The translations under genes and the position numbers were made by a program. Shown piece after piece: positions 44,658-53,157 of a stretch of DNA of 64,000 bases; positions within the stretch are counted from its first letter, which is position 1, and each line of letters opens with the position of its first letter. Location of the stretch: positions 1-64,000 of the IMG/VR virus record IMGVR_UViG_2895442618_000001, one strand, 5' to 3'. The notes under the pieces were generated by a model. The model had not been told where the DNA came from and did not search any database. It worked only from the letters and a program-made list of their open reading frames with translations. Source of the stretch: a virus (Duplodnaviria; Caudoviricetes).

Positions 44658-47603
44658 CTACGCGCGTGATCCGCCGAGCTGGTTGGTGGTGACCTTCGAC
44701 CCGCCGAGCCCTTGCCCGTCCACCCTTGAGCCGCCAAGCTCGTGGCGGGCCACGAGCGCGCCGCCGAGTTCGGGAGGCAGGTCCGGGGCCACGCCTGTGG
44801 ACACGGATGGTGTCGGGATGGACGCCACCGCAGCCACGACGGGAGGCCGTGCGGTGGTGGAGATGAGCGCGGCCGGGATGGACGCGTACGCCTCCACCAC
44901 CTGTGGAGTAGCAGCAACGAGGGTCGTGGTGGTGGGTGTCGGGACCGCAGCAGTAGCGAGGATCAGAGTGGGTGTGGCCGTGGAGCTGGTGCTCACGGCC
45001 GGCCCGGGGATGCTCGCTACGGCGTTGATGGTCGCGGGTTGGGCGTTGGCGTTGCCGCCGGCTTGGACGGTGGGCGACGGGATCGACGCGCTCGCCTGGA
45101 TGGTGCCTGGGGTTGCGGTGGCTCCCGTGGCAACGTCCGGGGTTGGGATGGCCGTAGAGGCGTCCACAGCGCTCGGGGAGGCGGTGGACGACGCGGAGGC
45201 CGTGGGAGCGGCTACGGACGCCGTAGCGGCGACTACAGGCGCGCTCGCGGTGCTTCCCGCCGAGACGCCCGGGGCAGGGATCGACGCCGCGGCGTGGACG
45301 GTGTCCGGTGCTGCGGTCGTGGAGCTGCCCGACTGGACGGCCGGAGACGGGATCGACGCAACCGCTGTGACCGTGTCGGGGGTGGCGGTCTGCCCGTACG
45401 CCACGGTGGGTGTCGGGATCGTGGCCGTCGCGGTGACGGTCGCGGGCGTGGCGACCTGGCCGGTGGCGACCTCGGGCGTCGGGATGGCCGTGCTGGCTGT
45501 GATCGTGCTGGGCGTTGCGGTTGAGCTCGCCGAGACGGTCGCAGCCGGCACGTCCGCCGACGCTTGGACCACGGTGGGGCTCGCCGTTGAGCCTGTCGTG
45601 GTTGTGGCCTCGGGGATGGTGGTGGTCGCCGAGACCACGGCCGGGCTCGCAGTCGCCCCAGAGGACGTGGTAGGCGCTGGGATCGATGCCGTGGCCTCGA
45701 CGACGTTCGGGGCGGCTGTCGAGCTTGTGGAGATGCTCGCGGCCGGGATCGTGGCGGTGGCCGTGACCGTGCTGGGGGACGCCGCGGTGACCGCCGAAAC
45801 CGCCGGAGATGGCACGGTGGCGGTCGCCTGGACCGTGGCTGGCGACACGCTCGAACCGGCGCTCACCGCAGGGTCCGGGATGGACGCCGACGCTGCCACG
45901 GCATCCGGGTGGGCGACCTTCTCAGCCAGCACCACCGGATCTGGGATCGACGCGGATGCGTCCACCGTCGCCGGAGATGCAGTAGCGGCAGCGCTGACGG
46001 CCGGGCTGGGGATGGACGCGGACGCGGCGACCACGCCAGGGCTCGCGGTCGACGACGCCGCCACACCAGGAGCAGAGATCGACGCAGCAGCAGCGACAGT
46101 GGACGGTTGCGCGGTCGCGCCCGCCGAAGGCGACACAGCCGGCAGGGACGCTGTGGCGGCCACCACGCTCGGCGAAGCGGTAGACCCGGTGCTGGGCGTA
46201 GGGGCGGGAACGGACGCCGTGCCGGCGACGACAGCCGGGGTGGCGGTCGCGTCGACTGCAGCAGCGCCCGGCGCGAGAACGACCGACCAGATGCCGATCG
46301 GCCCCGTAGCGCCACCGAACGCGCGGGTGCCGGTAGCGCCCGGCGTCTCAATCAGCTGGTCGGCTTCGGCGTTGTAGGCGAAGCTTGATGAGGGGGTGCG
46401 CAGCGTCATCCCGGCCGGCGCGGTCAACGTCTGCACCGACTCGTCCGCGTACAAGCAGACCAGCATCGAGTCCGGGACCGTCGTCGTCACCGACGGGGCG
46501 GTAGCGGAGCCGGCAGAGCTTTGGGAGAACACCTCGGGGGCGGTCGCGCCCCGATAGCAGAGGATGTCCACGATGGGGCCGTCAACGCCCACCCACGTCA
46601 GGTCCGGGGCGGAAGCTCCCACGGTCGTGGTCCAGGCGTTACCGGCGAAATCGGAAGCGGTGCGGTCGTCGCCGAGTTTGGTCCAGCCGTCCGGCCCCGT
46701 GGGCGGGGCCGTGGCTTGGATGATGGCGAGGAGGATGTCGCCCTGCTGGGCACCCTCGGGCAGGACGCCGGTGAACGACGTCGCATGCGAAGCCGAAACG
46801 AACGTGACCTCGCCCGCCGACGTGTCCGGGGTGGGGATGCTGGCCGTCGCAGCTACCACGGCAGGGGTGGCGGTCGCCGACAGGTCCGCCTGCACGGACG
46901 GGCCCGGGATCGACGCCGTAGCAGCCACCACGGCCGGGGTCGCGGTGGCGTCCGTCCCGCCAGGCTGCCCAAGCGTGATCGAGAAGCCGATCCGGTCCGC
47001 TGGCGCGGGCGACACGGTGAAGTTCGCCGTGCCCGTGGCCGCGCCTGAGGCGAGCGACCGGGTGGCCGTCGAGCAGGCGGCGTTGGTGAACACCACGTTG
47101 ACGTTGGCGTCGCCGCGTTCGGTGTGCGACGCGGGCGCGGTGAACGACATCGCTGACGAGCCGCGTGCTGTGCCCACCCGGATCAGCAGGTCCGTTGTGC
47201 CGTTCGGGGTGACGGACGGGGTGGTGAGCGTGGTGCTGGTACCGGAGATCGCTGAGGCGTTGACGATGGTCGAGGCGTCCGCGCCCGACACCGACAGGAC
47301 GATCACCGCGCTGCCGCCGCCTGAACCCTGCGAAAACGTGTAGTTGGTGCCCTCGGAGCCGCCAGCGGTCTTGTACCAGATCTTCACCCCGGCGAGGTTG
47401 CTGGCGTCGCCCCACTGGCGGGAGGTCAGCAAACTCCAGGCCGTGCCACCGCTGGGCGTGCCCATGTTCGCGAACGTGACCAGGTCTGCCGACTGGACCG
47501 CGAACACCACATCCCCGGACGCTGTCCCGGCCGGGACAGCGCACGTGAACGTGGACGACTGCGACGTGGTCTGAGTGTGGGAGCGGTAAGCGGCGACCAC
47601 CAC
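44658..47603 (-). CDS. 981-aa fibre-like virion protein: two accessory beta domains plus about 22 tandem 22-aa repeats
   Basis: Repeat consensus TAxPxxVxAxAxIPxPxVxxGx; C-terminal LGG x4. Confidence 0.8.
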   Translation of the reverse strand: MVVAAYRSHTQTTSQSSTFTCAVPAGTASGDVVFAVQSADLVTFANMGTPSGGTAWSLLTSRQWGDASNLAGVKIWYKTAGGSEGTNYTFSQGSGGGSAVIVLSVSGADASTIVNASAISGTSTTLTTPSVTPNGTTDLLIRVGTARGSSAMSFTAPASHTERGDANVNVVFTNAACSTATRSLASGAATGTANFTVSPAPADRIGFSITLGQPGGTDATATPAVVAATASIPGPSVQADLSATATPAVVAATASIPTPDTSAGEVTFVSASHATSFTGVLPEGAQQGDILLAIIQATAPPTGPDGWTKLGDDRTASDFAGNAWTTTVGASAPDLTWVGVDGPIVDILCYRGATAPEVFSQSSAGSATAPSVTTTVPDSMLVCLYADESVQTLTAPAGMTLRTPSSSFAYNAEADQLIETPGATGTRAFGGATGPIGIWSVVLAPGAAAVDATATPAVVAGTASVPAPTPSTGSTASPSVVAATASLPAVSPSAGATAQPSTVAAAASISAPGVAASSTASPGVVAASASIPSPAVSAAATASPATVDASASIPDPVVLAEKVAHPDAVAASASIPDPAVSAGSSVSPATVQATATVPSPAVSAVTAASPSTVTATATIPAASISTSSTAAPNVVEATASIPAPTTSSGATASPAVVSATTTIPEATTTTGSTASPTVVQASADVPAATVSASSTATPSTITASTAIPTPEVATGQVATPATVTATATIPTPTVAYGQTATPDTVTAVASIPSPAVQSGSSTTAAPDTVHAAASIPAPGVSAGSTASAPVVAATASVAAPTASASSTASPSAVDASTAIPTPDVATGATATPGTIQASASIPSPTVQAGGNANAQPATINAVASIPGPAVSTSSTATPTLILATAAVPTPTTTTLVAATPQVVEAYASIPAALISTTARPPVVAAVASIPTPSVSTGVAPDLPPELGGALVARHELGGSRVDGQGLGGSKVTTNQLGGSRA

Positions 47604-47668
47604 GACCCCCAGACACGCGAAAGCCGCCCGTAGGCGGCGAGGTCAGGCGGCGGGCGCGCAGGTCACGG

Positions 47669-48130
47669 CTAACTGTTGAGCGTCACCGTGAAGATCCCGC
47701 TCGCGTTCCAGGTGATCGCAAGCGTTCCGTTCGAGGTGGAATACCCGCTTCCCAGGTTGACGAGCACGACCGCGTTCTTACCGGTCAGACCGTCCGCGTA
47801 GATCAGCGCACCCTTAGCGCCCGTGATCGTCGAGGACGTCCACGACGAGTCGGCGGCGTCGAACTTCAGCACCCCGGACGCGCCCGTGAGCGCGGCGGTT
47901 CCGAGGACCGCGCCGCCGGCCGTGTAGCCGGTGCCGGAGACTTCGTTCGACGCCCACACGCCGGCGCCGTACGCGGCAGATGCGGCCACCGCATCGAAGT
48001 CGGGGACGACGCTGTCCGTGAAGAGGGCCACCTTGAACATGTCGTCGTCGTCCAGGTCCAGCCCGATCTGGGACGCGCCCAGCGTGGCGACGAACGTCGA
48101 AGTGAAGAAGCCGCTCGAAGTAATCGACAT
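47669..48130 (-). CDS. minor virion protein (paralog of 23152-23628)
   Basis: FKVALF...EVSGTGYTAGG...WTSSTITGAKG. Confidence 0.75.
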   Translation of the reverse strand: MSITSSGFFTSTFVATLGASQIGLDLDDDDMFKVALFTDSVVPDFDAVAASAAYGAGVWASNEVSGTGYTAGGAVLGTAALTGASGVLKFDAADSSWTSSTITGAKGALIYADGLTGKNAVVLVNLGSGYSTSNGTLAITWNASGIFTVTLNS

Positions 48131-48135
48131 GATGA

Positions 48136-48423
48136 TCAGCCCCTCGACTGCTCGTTAGCGCCGCTGCTCGTGGTCGTGGCGACGGTGGCGCGGATGGTTT
48201 CCGTGGACTTGATGTGCACGGACTGTTGGTCGTTGCCGTGCTGGATGACGTCGTTGCCGAGCTGGTCGGTGACGACTTTGAAGCGGCGGCCGTCTTCGCC
48301 GACGCCCTCGCGCACCTGGTCGTGGGTGGCGTTCGTCCATCCGCCGGCACGGGTCTGGACGCCCTTCTCGCGGAGCCACCTGCCGTAGGAGCCGTGGAGG
48401 GAGGGGTCGTACTCGTCGGCCAC
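48136..48423 (-). CDS. small protein (paralog of 23628-23849)
   Basis: YGRWLREKGVQ...DQLGNDV. Confidence 0.7.
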   Translation of the reverse strand: MADEYDPSLHGSYGRWLREKGVQTRAGGWTNATHDQVREGVGEDGRRFKVVTDQLGNDVIQHGNDQQSVHIKSTETIRATVATTTSSGANEQSRG

Positions 48424-48539
48424 GCGACCACCTCCTCAGGCGTGCGAAAGCCCGCCGTGGTGGGCGGGTCTCGGGGTGGTACAGGGCTAGAACCCCAAAG
48501 ACCACAGACGCGCCGTGCGTATCCGGCTACCGTCCGGGC

Positions 48540-48686
48540 ATGGGCAAAAAGGACGACGACGAAGCCCCACCGATCTGCGGCGTGTGTCTCGGCGCGCAGG
48601 GGGAGTGGATGGAGATGAACGGCGAGGAGAACAAGCAGCGGAAATGGGTTCCGTGCTCGGCGTGCGGCGGGACAGGGCGCGGATGA
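48540..48686 (+). CDS. 48-aa DnaJ-type zinc-finger microprotein (cassette copy 2, gene A)
   Basis: MGKKDDDEAPPICGVCLGAQGEWMEMNGEENKQRKWVPCSACGGTGRG. Confidence 0.8.
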   Translation: MGKKDDDEAPPICGVCLGAQGEWMEMNGEENKQRKWVPCSACGGTGRG

Positions 48687-48991
48687 CCGACCCGATCACC
48701 TGCCCCGAGTGCCAGGGCAGCAAGGGCGAGCTGGTCGGCCCGCTGTTCCTCGCGTGCCGCTTCTGCGGCGGGCTCGGCTGGGTCGGCGGCGACAATGAGC
48801 CGGCGGAAGCGTGCTCCAAGCCGCCGCCACCGGAGCCGACCGCGACGAACCACCGGGTGTGGTCCGATCCTGTGGTCTCGGCTGCGTTCCCGTGCCGTCT
48901 GTGTTTCGGGTCGCGGAAGGTCGCCCACTTCGATCGGGAGGCGGGGACGCTCGTTCAGGTGCCGTGCCGGTGCGCGGGCGGAGAGGCGTAG
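48683..48991 (+). CDS. DnaJ-type zinc-finger protein (cassette copy 2, gene B)
   Basis: MTDPITCPECQGSKG...CRFCGGLGWVGGDNEPAE; ATGA overlap. Confidence 0.8.
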   Translation: MTDPITCPECQGSKGELVGPLFLACRFCGGLGWVGGDNEPAEACSKPPPPEPTATNHRVWSDPVVSAAFPCRLCFGSRKVAHFDREAGTLVQVPCRCAGGEA

Positions 48992-49158
48992 CTACGGCAG
49001 CGCGCTCAGGTCTCCGAGGTCAGCGAGGAACTGCGGATGCCGGAAGAGGACGTGGCAGTCGCACAAGAGGCGGCCGTCCGACTGGACGTAGGATCAGCGC
49101 GAGGCGTGGTTCTCTGCCGGGACGGAGCGGGAGATCTTCCAGCCTGTGGCGAAGTCCA

Positions 49159-49419
49159 TCAGTCCACGCCCCACGGCTGGAGAGTCCCGTCGTGGGCGAT
49201 GTGGAGCACCCGGTCCCGCCGGGCTGTGAGGCAGTCGTCGCACACGTTCACGTCCAGGCGGGAGCCGTCCATCGGGTCGAACACGGTGGACCCGTAGTGG
49301 CCAGTCGTCGTGAACGTGGTCGCCCCGGACGGCTGGTTGATGCACGCTCCGGGCAGGGCCGACGTGAGGGGCTTGCCGCAGGCCAGGCACGGGAGGGTGA
49401 GGTCCGAGCGGTCGGGCAT
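49159..49419 (-). CDS. small zinc-binding protein
   Basis: CLAC...GHYGSTVFDPMDG...CDDC. Confidence 0.65.
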   Translation of the reverse strand: MPDRSDLTLPCLACGKPLTSALPGACINQPSGATTFTTTGHYGSTVFDPMDGSRLDVNVCDDCLTARRDRVLHIAHDGTLQPWGVD

Positions 49420-49474
49420 GAGGGGCTCCCGAGGATGAGGGGTTGATGTCCGGGCGGGCAGCCAAGCATGCGGC

Positions 49475-49517
49475 TTGACATCCTCCCCCGCCTGGCGGCG
49501 GGGAATTCCAACGGCAA
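49475..49517 (-). mobile_element. IS200/IS605-type right end (3' part of omega/reRNA)
   Basis: GGAATTCCCCGCC-GCCA-GGCGGGGGAGGATGTCAA hairpin ending in TCAA just after the tnpB stop. Confidence 0.75.
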
Positions 49518-50729
49518 CTACCTCACGGGGAGGATGTCGTGTTGAGGTTCGCGGTTCACCGGCCCGCCCAACGGCGGGCCTCCCCGCGCAGACACGGCAT
49601 GCCCTGCCGCGTGTTTGATGTTCCTGGCCGCGTTCACGTCGGCGTTGCAGGCGTATCCGCAGGATCGGCAACGGAAGTCGGCTTGGCTCTCGCGCGACTT
49701 CGCGTCCACGATCCCGCACGCCGAGCAACGCTGACTCGTGTACGCGGGGTTGATCTTCACGATTCGGCCCGGGGCCTTGTGTTCCAGCCGTTCGACCAGT
49801 TGTCCCCAGCCCGCCGCGAGGATGCCTCGGTTCAGCCCGGCCTTCTGCCGGACGTTCCGGCCCGGCGCGTCGATGGTGCCTTTGGCCGATCGGGTCATGT
49901 TGCGGATCTTCAGGTCTTCGACCGCGATCACGTCGAAGCGGCGTGCGAGGTCGGTGCTGGTCTTCTCAATCCAGTCCTTGCGGCGATCCGTGTCCCGCGC
50001 CTTCAGTTTCGCGATGGCGGCCTTCACCTTGCTCCGCCGGTTCGACCCGCGCTGGGCACGGGCCAGTTTGCGGAGCAGTCGCAGGAGGCGGGCCTTCTCG
50101 GTGTCACGATACGTTGGCGCATGCAGCAACTCGCCCGTAGACAACGCGGCAGACACAACAACGCCACGATCAACGCCAACAACGTCACCCGTGCCGGGTG
50201 CTGAGATCGGTTCCGGTATAGCCGCGAAGGCGACATGCCAGCGACCTGAAGCGTCTCGGGTGATCCTGAACGACTTGACGTCTTCGGGGACGGCACGCGA
50301 CCAGCGGAAGCGGACCCAGCCCACTTTGGGGACCTTGACCTCGCCGACATTGCGGGAAACGCGGCGGACATCCCACTTACCGTGGCGTCCGGCTCCACGC
50401 TGCCCAACTATGCGAAATCCTTCCATCCGCCCGCGCTTGCGCCATGTCGGCTTGCGGTGACTGCCACCGAAGAAGTTGGCCATAGCCTGCGCGAAATCCT
50501 TCAGCGCCTGCTGCTGCACCATCTGGCTGCCTGCGCGCAGCCACTCAAACTCTGCGCGGGCCTCGGTTAATTGGCGACACTGCTCGGCGAACCCGGGCGC
50601 GCTCTTACGTCCTGGCCTCCAGTGGGAGCACTGCTCAAGCGCCAGATTCCAGACGAACCGGGCATGCCCGCAATGCTCCAGCAACGCCACCTCTTGGGCA
50701 GGCGTCGGCGTGAGGCGGTAGCGGGACAC
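49518..50729 (-). CDS. tnpB: TnpB RNA-guided endonuclease
   Basis: RuvC-I GVDRG, RuvC-II AVEDL, zinc finger TSQRCSAC...CRSC, RuvC-III NADVNAA all intact. Confidence 0.95.
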   Translation of the reverse strand: MSRYRLTPTPAQEVALLEHCGHARFVWNLALEQCSHWRPGRKSAPGFAEQCRQLTEARAEFEWLRAGSQMVQQQALKDFAQAMANFFGGSHRKPTWRKRGRMEGFRIVGQRGAGRHGKWDVRRVSRNVGEVKVPKVGWVRFRWSRAVPEDVKSFRITRDASGRWHVAFAAIPEPISAPGTGDVVGVDRGVVVSAALSTGELLHAPTYRDTEKARLLRLLRKLARAQRGSNRRSKVKAAIAKLKARDTDRRKDWIEKTSTDLARRFDVIAVEDLKIRNMTRSAKGTIDAPGRNVRQKAGLNRGILAAGWGQLVERLEHKAPGRIVKINPAYTSQRCSACGIVDAKSRESQADFRCRSCGYACNADVNAARNIKHAAGHAVSARGGPPLGGPVNREPQHDILPVR

Positions 50730-50744
50730 GGCAGGCTAACCCTT

Positions 50745-50771
50745 CTTTAACCCAACTGTCTTGGGTTAAAG
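50745..50771. promoter_or_regulatory. operator-like dyad between tnpB and the HTH gene
   Basis: CTTTAACCCAA-CTGTC-TTGGGTTAAAG, perfect 11-bp arms. Confidence 0.7.
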
Positions 50772-50791
50772 CTTACCCTAATCTGTTGGGT

Positions 50792-50983
50792 GTGGAGGAC
50801 TACCTGACCACCAAGCAAGCTGCCGTGATCCTCGGAGTGGACGAGCGGACGGTGTACTACTACGCCCGCGATCACGAGGACTTCCCCGAGCCGAAGCGGT
50901 TCGGACGGGCGCTCATGTGGCAGGAAGCGCCGCTACGCGAGTGGCGGGCCAAGCACCCTGCGCGCCCCCGCGAGGAGACTTGA
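50792..50983 (+). CDS. AlpA/Xis-type HTH regulator
   Basis: YLTTKQAAVILGVDERTVYYY...FPEP..FGRALMW; TAATCT-N7-GTG suggests leaderless. Confidence 0.85.
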   Translation: MEDYLTTKQAAVILGVDERTVYYYARDHEDFPEPKRFGRALMWQEAPLREWRAKHPARPREET

Positions 50984-51037
50984 GTGGTGCACCGGGCGAA
51001 CGACCGGCGTGCAGTCAGAGTCGCTCGCCCGGAGTCT

Positions 51038-52599
51038 TTATTCGGCTCTCGCCTGGTCTCTCTCCCGTACGAACCACAGCAGGGCGCACCACAGCAACAC
51101 CTGCACGAGAGTCGTCCCGGACAGGACAGGCCAACCCTCTGGGGCGAACGCCCGATAGTTCCAGGCAGCCAACTCCAGAGGGATCATCCCTTTGAGGACC
51201 ATTGCCGCTTCGCTGCCAGCAGGGTCGGCGTATGCCCGCCAGGCACGGTGGAGGGCGTTCATGACCGCGCCCGCGAGGTGAGCACCAGCCGTCTGACTGC
51301 CGCCTCCTCGTACACGATCACCCGGTCCTGTCCTTCAGAGAGGATCCGGGATCGGGCGGGATCAGCGGCCACGCGCCGGGTCGGCTGCCAGCGCCGCATC
51401 CACTCGGCCACCTCGTGCAGGTGGGCGGCGGTGAGCGCGGCCATCAGCCCTGCCCCTCGTCGCCCTGGTGCTCGCTTCCGGATGCGTCGTCGCCGGGCTC
51501 GCTCACCTCTTCGGTGGTCGCTTCCCGTACCGACAGGGAGACGACATGCCGGGTGTCGTGGGAGTGGTGGCAATCCACCGTGGTCTTGTCGCTGACACCC
51601 TCAGCGTCGAGGGCGCGAACGAAGTCCCTGAGCGCCCACACCGTCATGCTGCCCTGGTAAGGCGGGCGGCTGCGGATGTACAGGGACGCTGAGCGGGTTC
51701 GCTTGACCTCGGCCATCAGACCCGCGCCTCCTCGCTGGGAGGCTCCTCTGGCGAGCAGGTGCACGGCCGCTTGCCGCACTCTTGGCACCGGCCAAGCCGG
51801 GCACACATCTCCCGCGCAACCCGCTCAGGATCTACGCCCGGAACGTTGAGACGGACCTCATGGGTCCGGCTCGGCTCGACGGCGGGGGCTTCGGCGTACC
51901 CGTCCACAACCTCGACCGTCTCGTCAGTGATGATCACCGACCGGGCACCGCACTCCTGGGCGAACTCCCGCCACCGCCGCGCCATGACGTCGGCTACGTG
52001 CGGTGACATGAGGTTCGGGTCGTCGTAGCGGCACTGATCCACGACCAGCGCGAACGGCTCCTCAAGGTCGTCGCCGACCATGACGGCAGGGAGGGGCAAG
52101 ATCTGGATGCGCATCAGGCGTCCACCTCGCCGGGCGTCCACACGCACTTCTCCGAGTCCCACACCATGCCGAGCGTCCTGTTGTTCAGCCACTCGGCGCG
52201 GCGCTCGCCGTACACCTTCAGGACGCGCTCAGCGTCCCAGCCTTCGACGGTGAGCGACGCCTTTCCCTTGGCGTAGCCACCCATCCAGCGATGCTCCACG
52301 TGATTGGGTCGCGCGTCGAAGTCGCGCCGCCGCCCTTCAATGGGGCGCGGGTTGGTGAGGGTGAGCATGTAGTCAGGGCGGTGTCCGTGGCCGGACATCG
52401 GCACCTCGTGATCTCCGTCAGGCTCGTCGGGCCACCAGGTGAGCGAATACCAGACGCGCGTCTCGACAGGTCCCTCGTGCAGCTCGAACTCTTCGACCCG
52501 GTCGGCCAGCTCGTACGCTTCGGCGTCCTCGCGCCTGGCGAAGACGTGATCGATTTCGTAGTCCGAGTAGGCGCCACTCGTGGCTAGGTACACCTTCAT
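51038..52599 (-). CDS. cluster of five small phage ORFs (51038-51262, 51259-51444, 51444-51716, 51716-52114, 52114-52599)
   Basis: Chained TGATG/ATGA overlaps; no recognised domains. Confidence 0.6.
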
Positions 52600-52819
52600 T
52601 GGTGCTCTCCAAGGGGGTTCCAGGGGGTCTACCGCGCGACCGGACCTGACCCCCCAGCTAGGCCCGGCCGCACGTCTTTGGTTGGTCGCCCGACCCCGCG
52701 ACCCTCACGACACGAGGGCCGGGCGACCAGGGTGGGGCTCGACGCTGAACCATCGGGGAAGAACAGCGGAGCCGACGCACTCCTCACGGGAGCGCGCGTC
52801 TCAGGGTTTCTAGCGGTGT

Positions 52820-53047
52820 CTAGGCAGCGACGTTGTCCGGCCGGCGCGCGTGCTTCCGAGTCGCGTACTCGGCCTTCGCAACGGCCAGCTGCGTGAAAAG
52901 CATCTGACCGCGCTCGTCCCGGCCTACAGGCTCCAGGTGTCCGCGCTTCACCCACTGGCGGACAGCCGGCGGCTTCACACCGCACAGCGCCGCAGCTTCG
53001 GCAGTGGTGACGTACACCTCTTCGGGGTCGTAGTCGGCCACGGCCAC
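52820..53047 (-). CDS. MerR/Xis-type HTH protein
   Basis: VTTAEAAALCGVKPPAVRQWVKRGHL; GGGGAGG RBS. Confidence 0.8.
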   Translation of the reverse strand: MAVADYDPEEVYVTTAEAAALCGVKPPAVRQWVKRGHLEPVGRDERGQMLFTQLAVAKAEYATRKHARRPDNVAA

Positions 53048-53061
53048 CTCCCCCGCACACG

Positions 53062-53098
53062 AAAAAGCCCCGGCCTGGAATCTCTTCCTGACCGGGGC
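53062..53098 (-). terminator. intrinsic terminator downstream of rsr
   Basis: GCCCCGG...CCGGGGC-TTTTT on the minus strand. Confidence 0.7.
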
Positions 53099-53157
53099 AC
53101 ACGTCTCCGAAAACCGAGAGTAACGCGTCACGCCGCTGATCCACAAGTCGGCGCTGG

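Noticed and set aside
6868-46377. Long ORFs in the track such as 6868-9258(-), 19475-20839(+), 26272-27453(+), 33150-34919(+), 37560-39182(+), 44416-46377(+)
   Set aside because: They are antisense shadows of well-supported genes, expected in about 70% GC DNA with biased codon use, and contain no recognisable motifs
44658-47603. Diversity-generating retroelement or invertible tail-fibre system behind the duplicated tail cassettes
   Set aside because: No reverse transcriptase, no near-identical TR/VR pair, no invertase or inverted crossover sites seen
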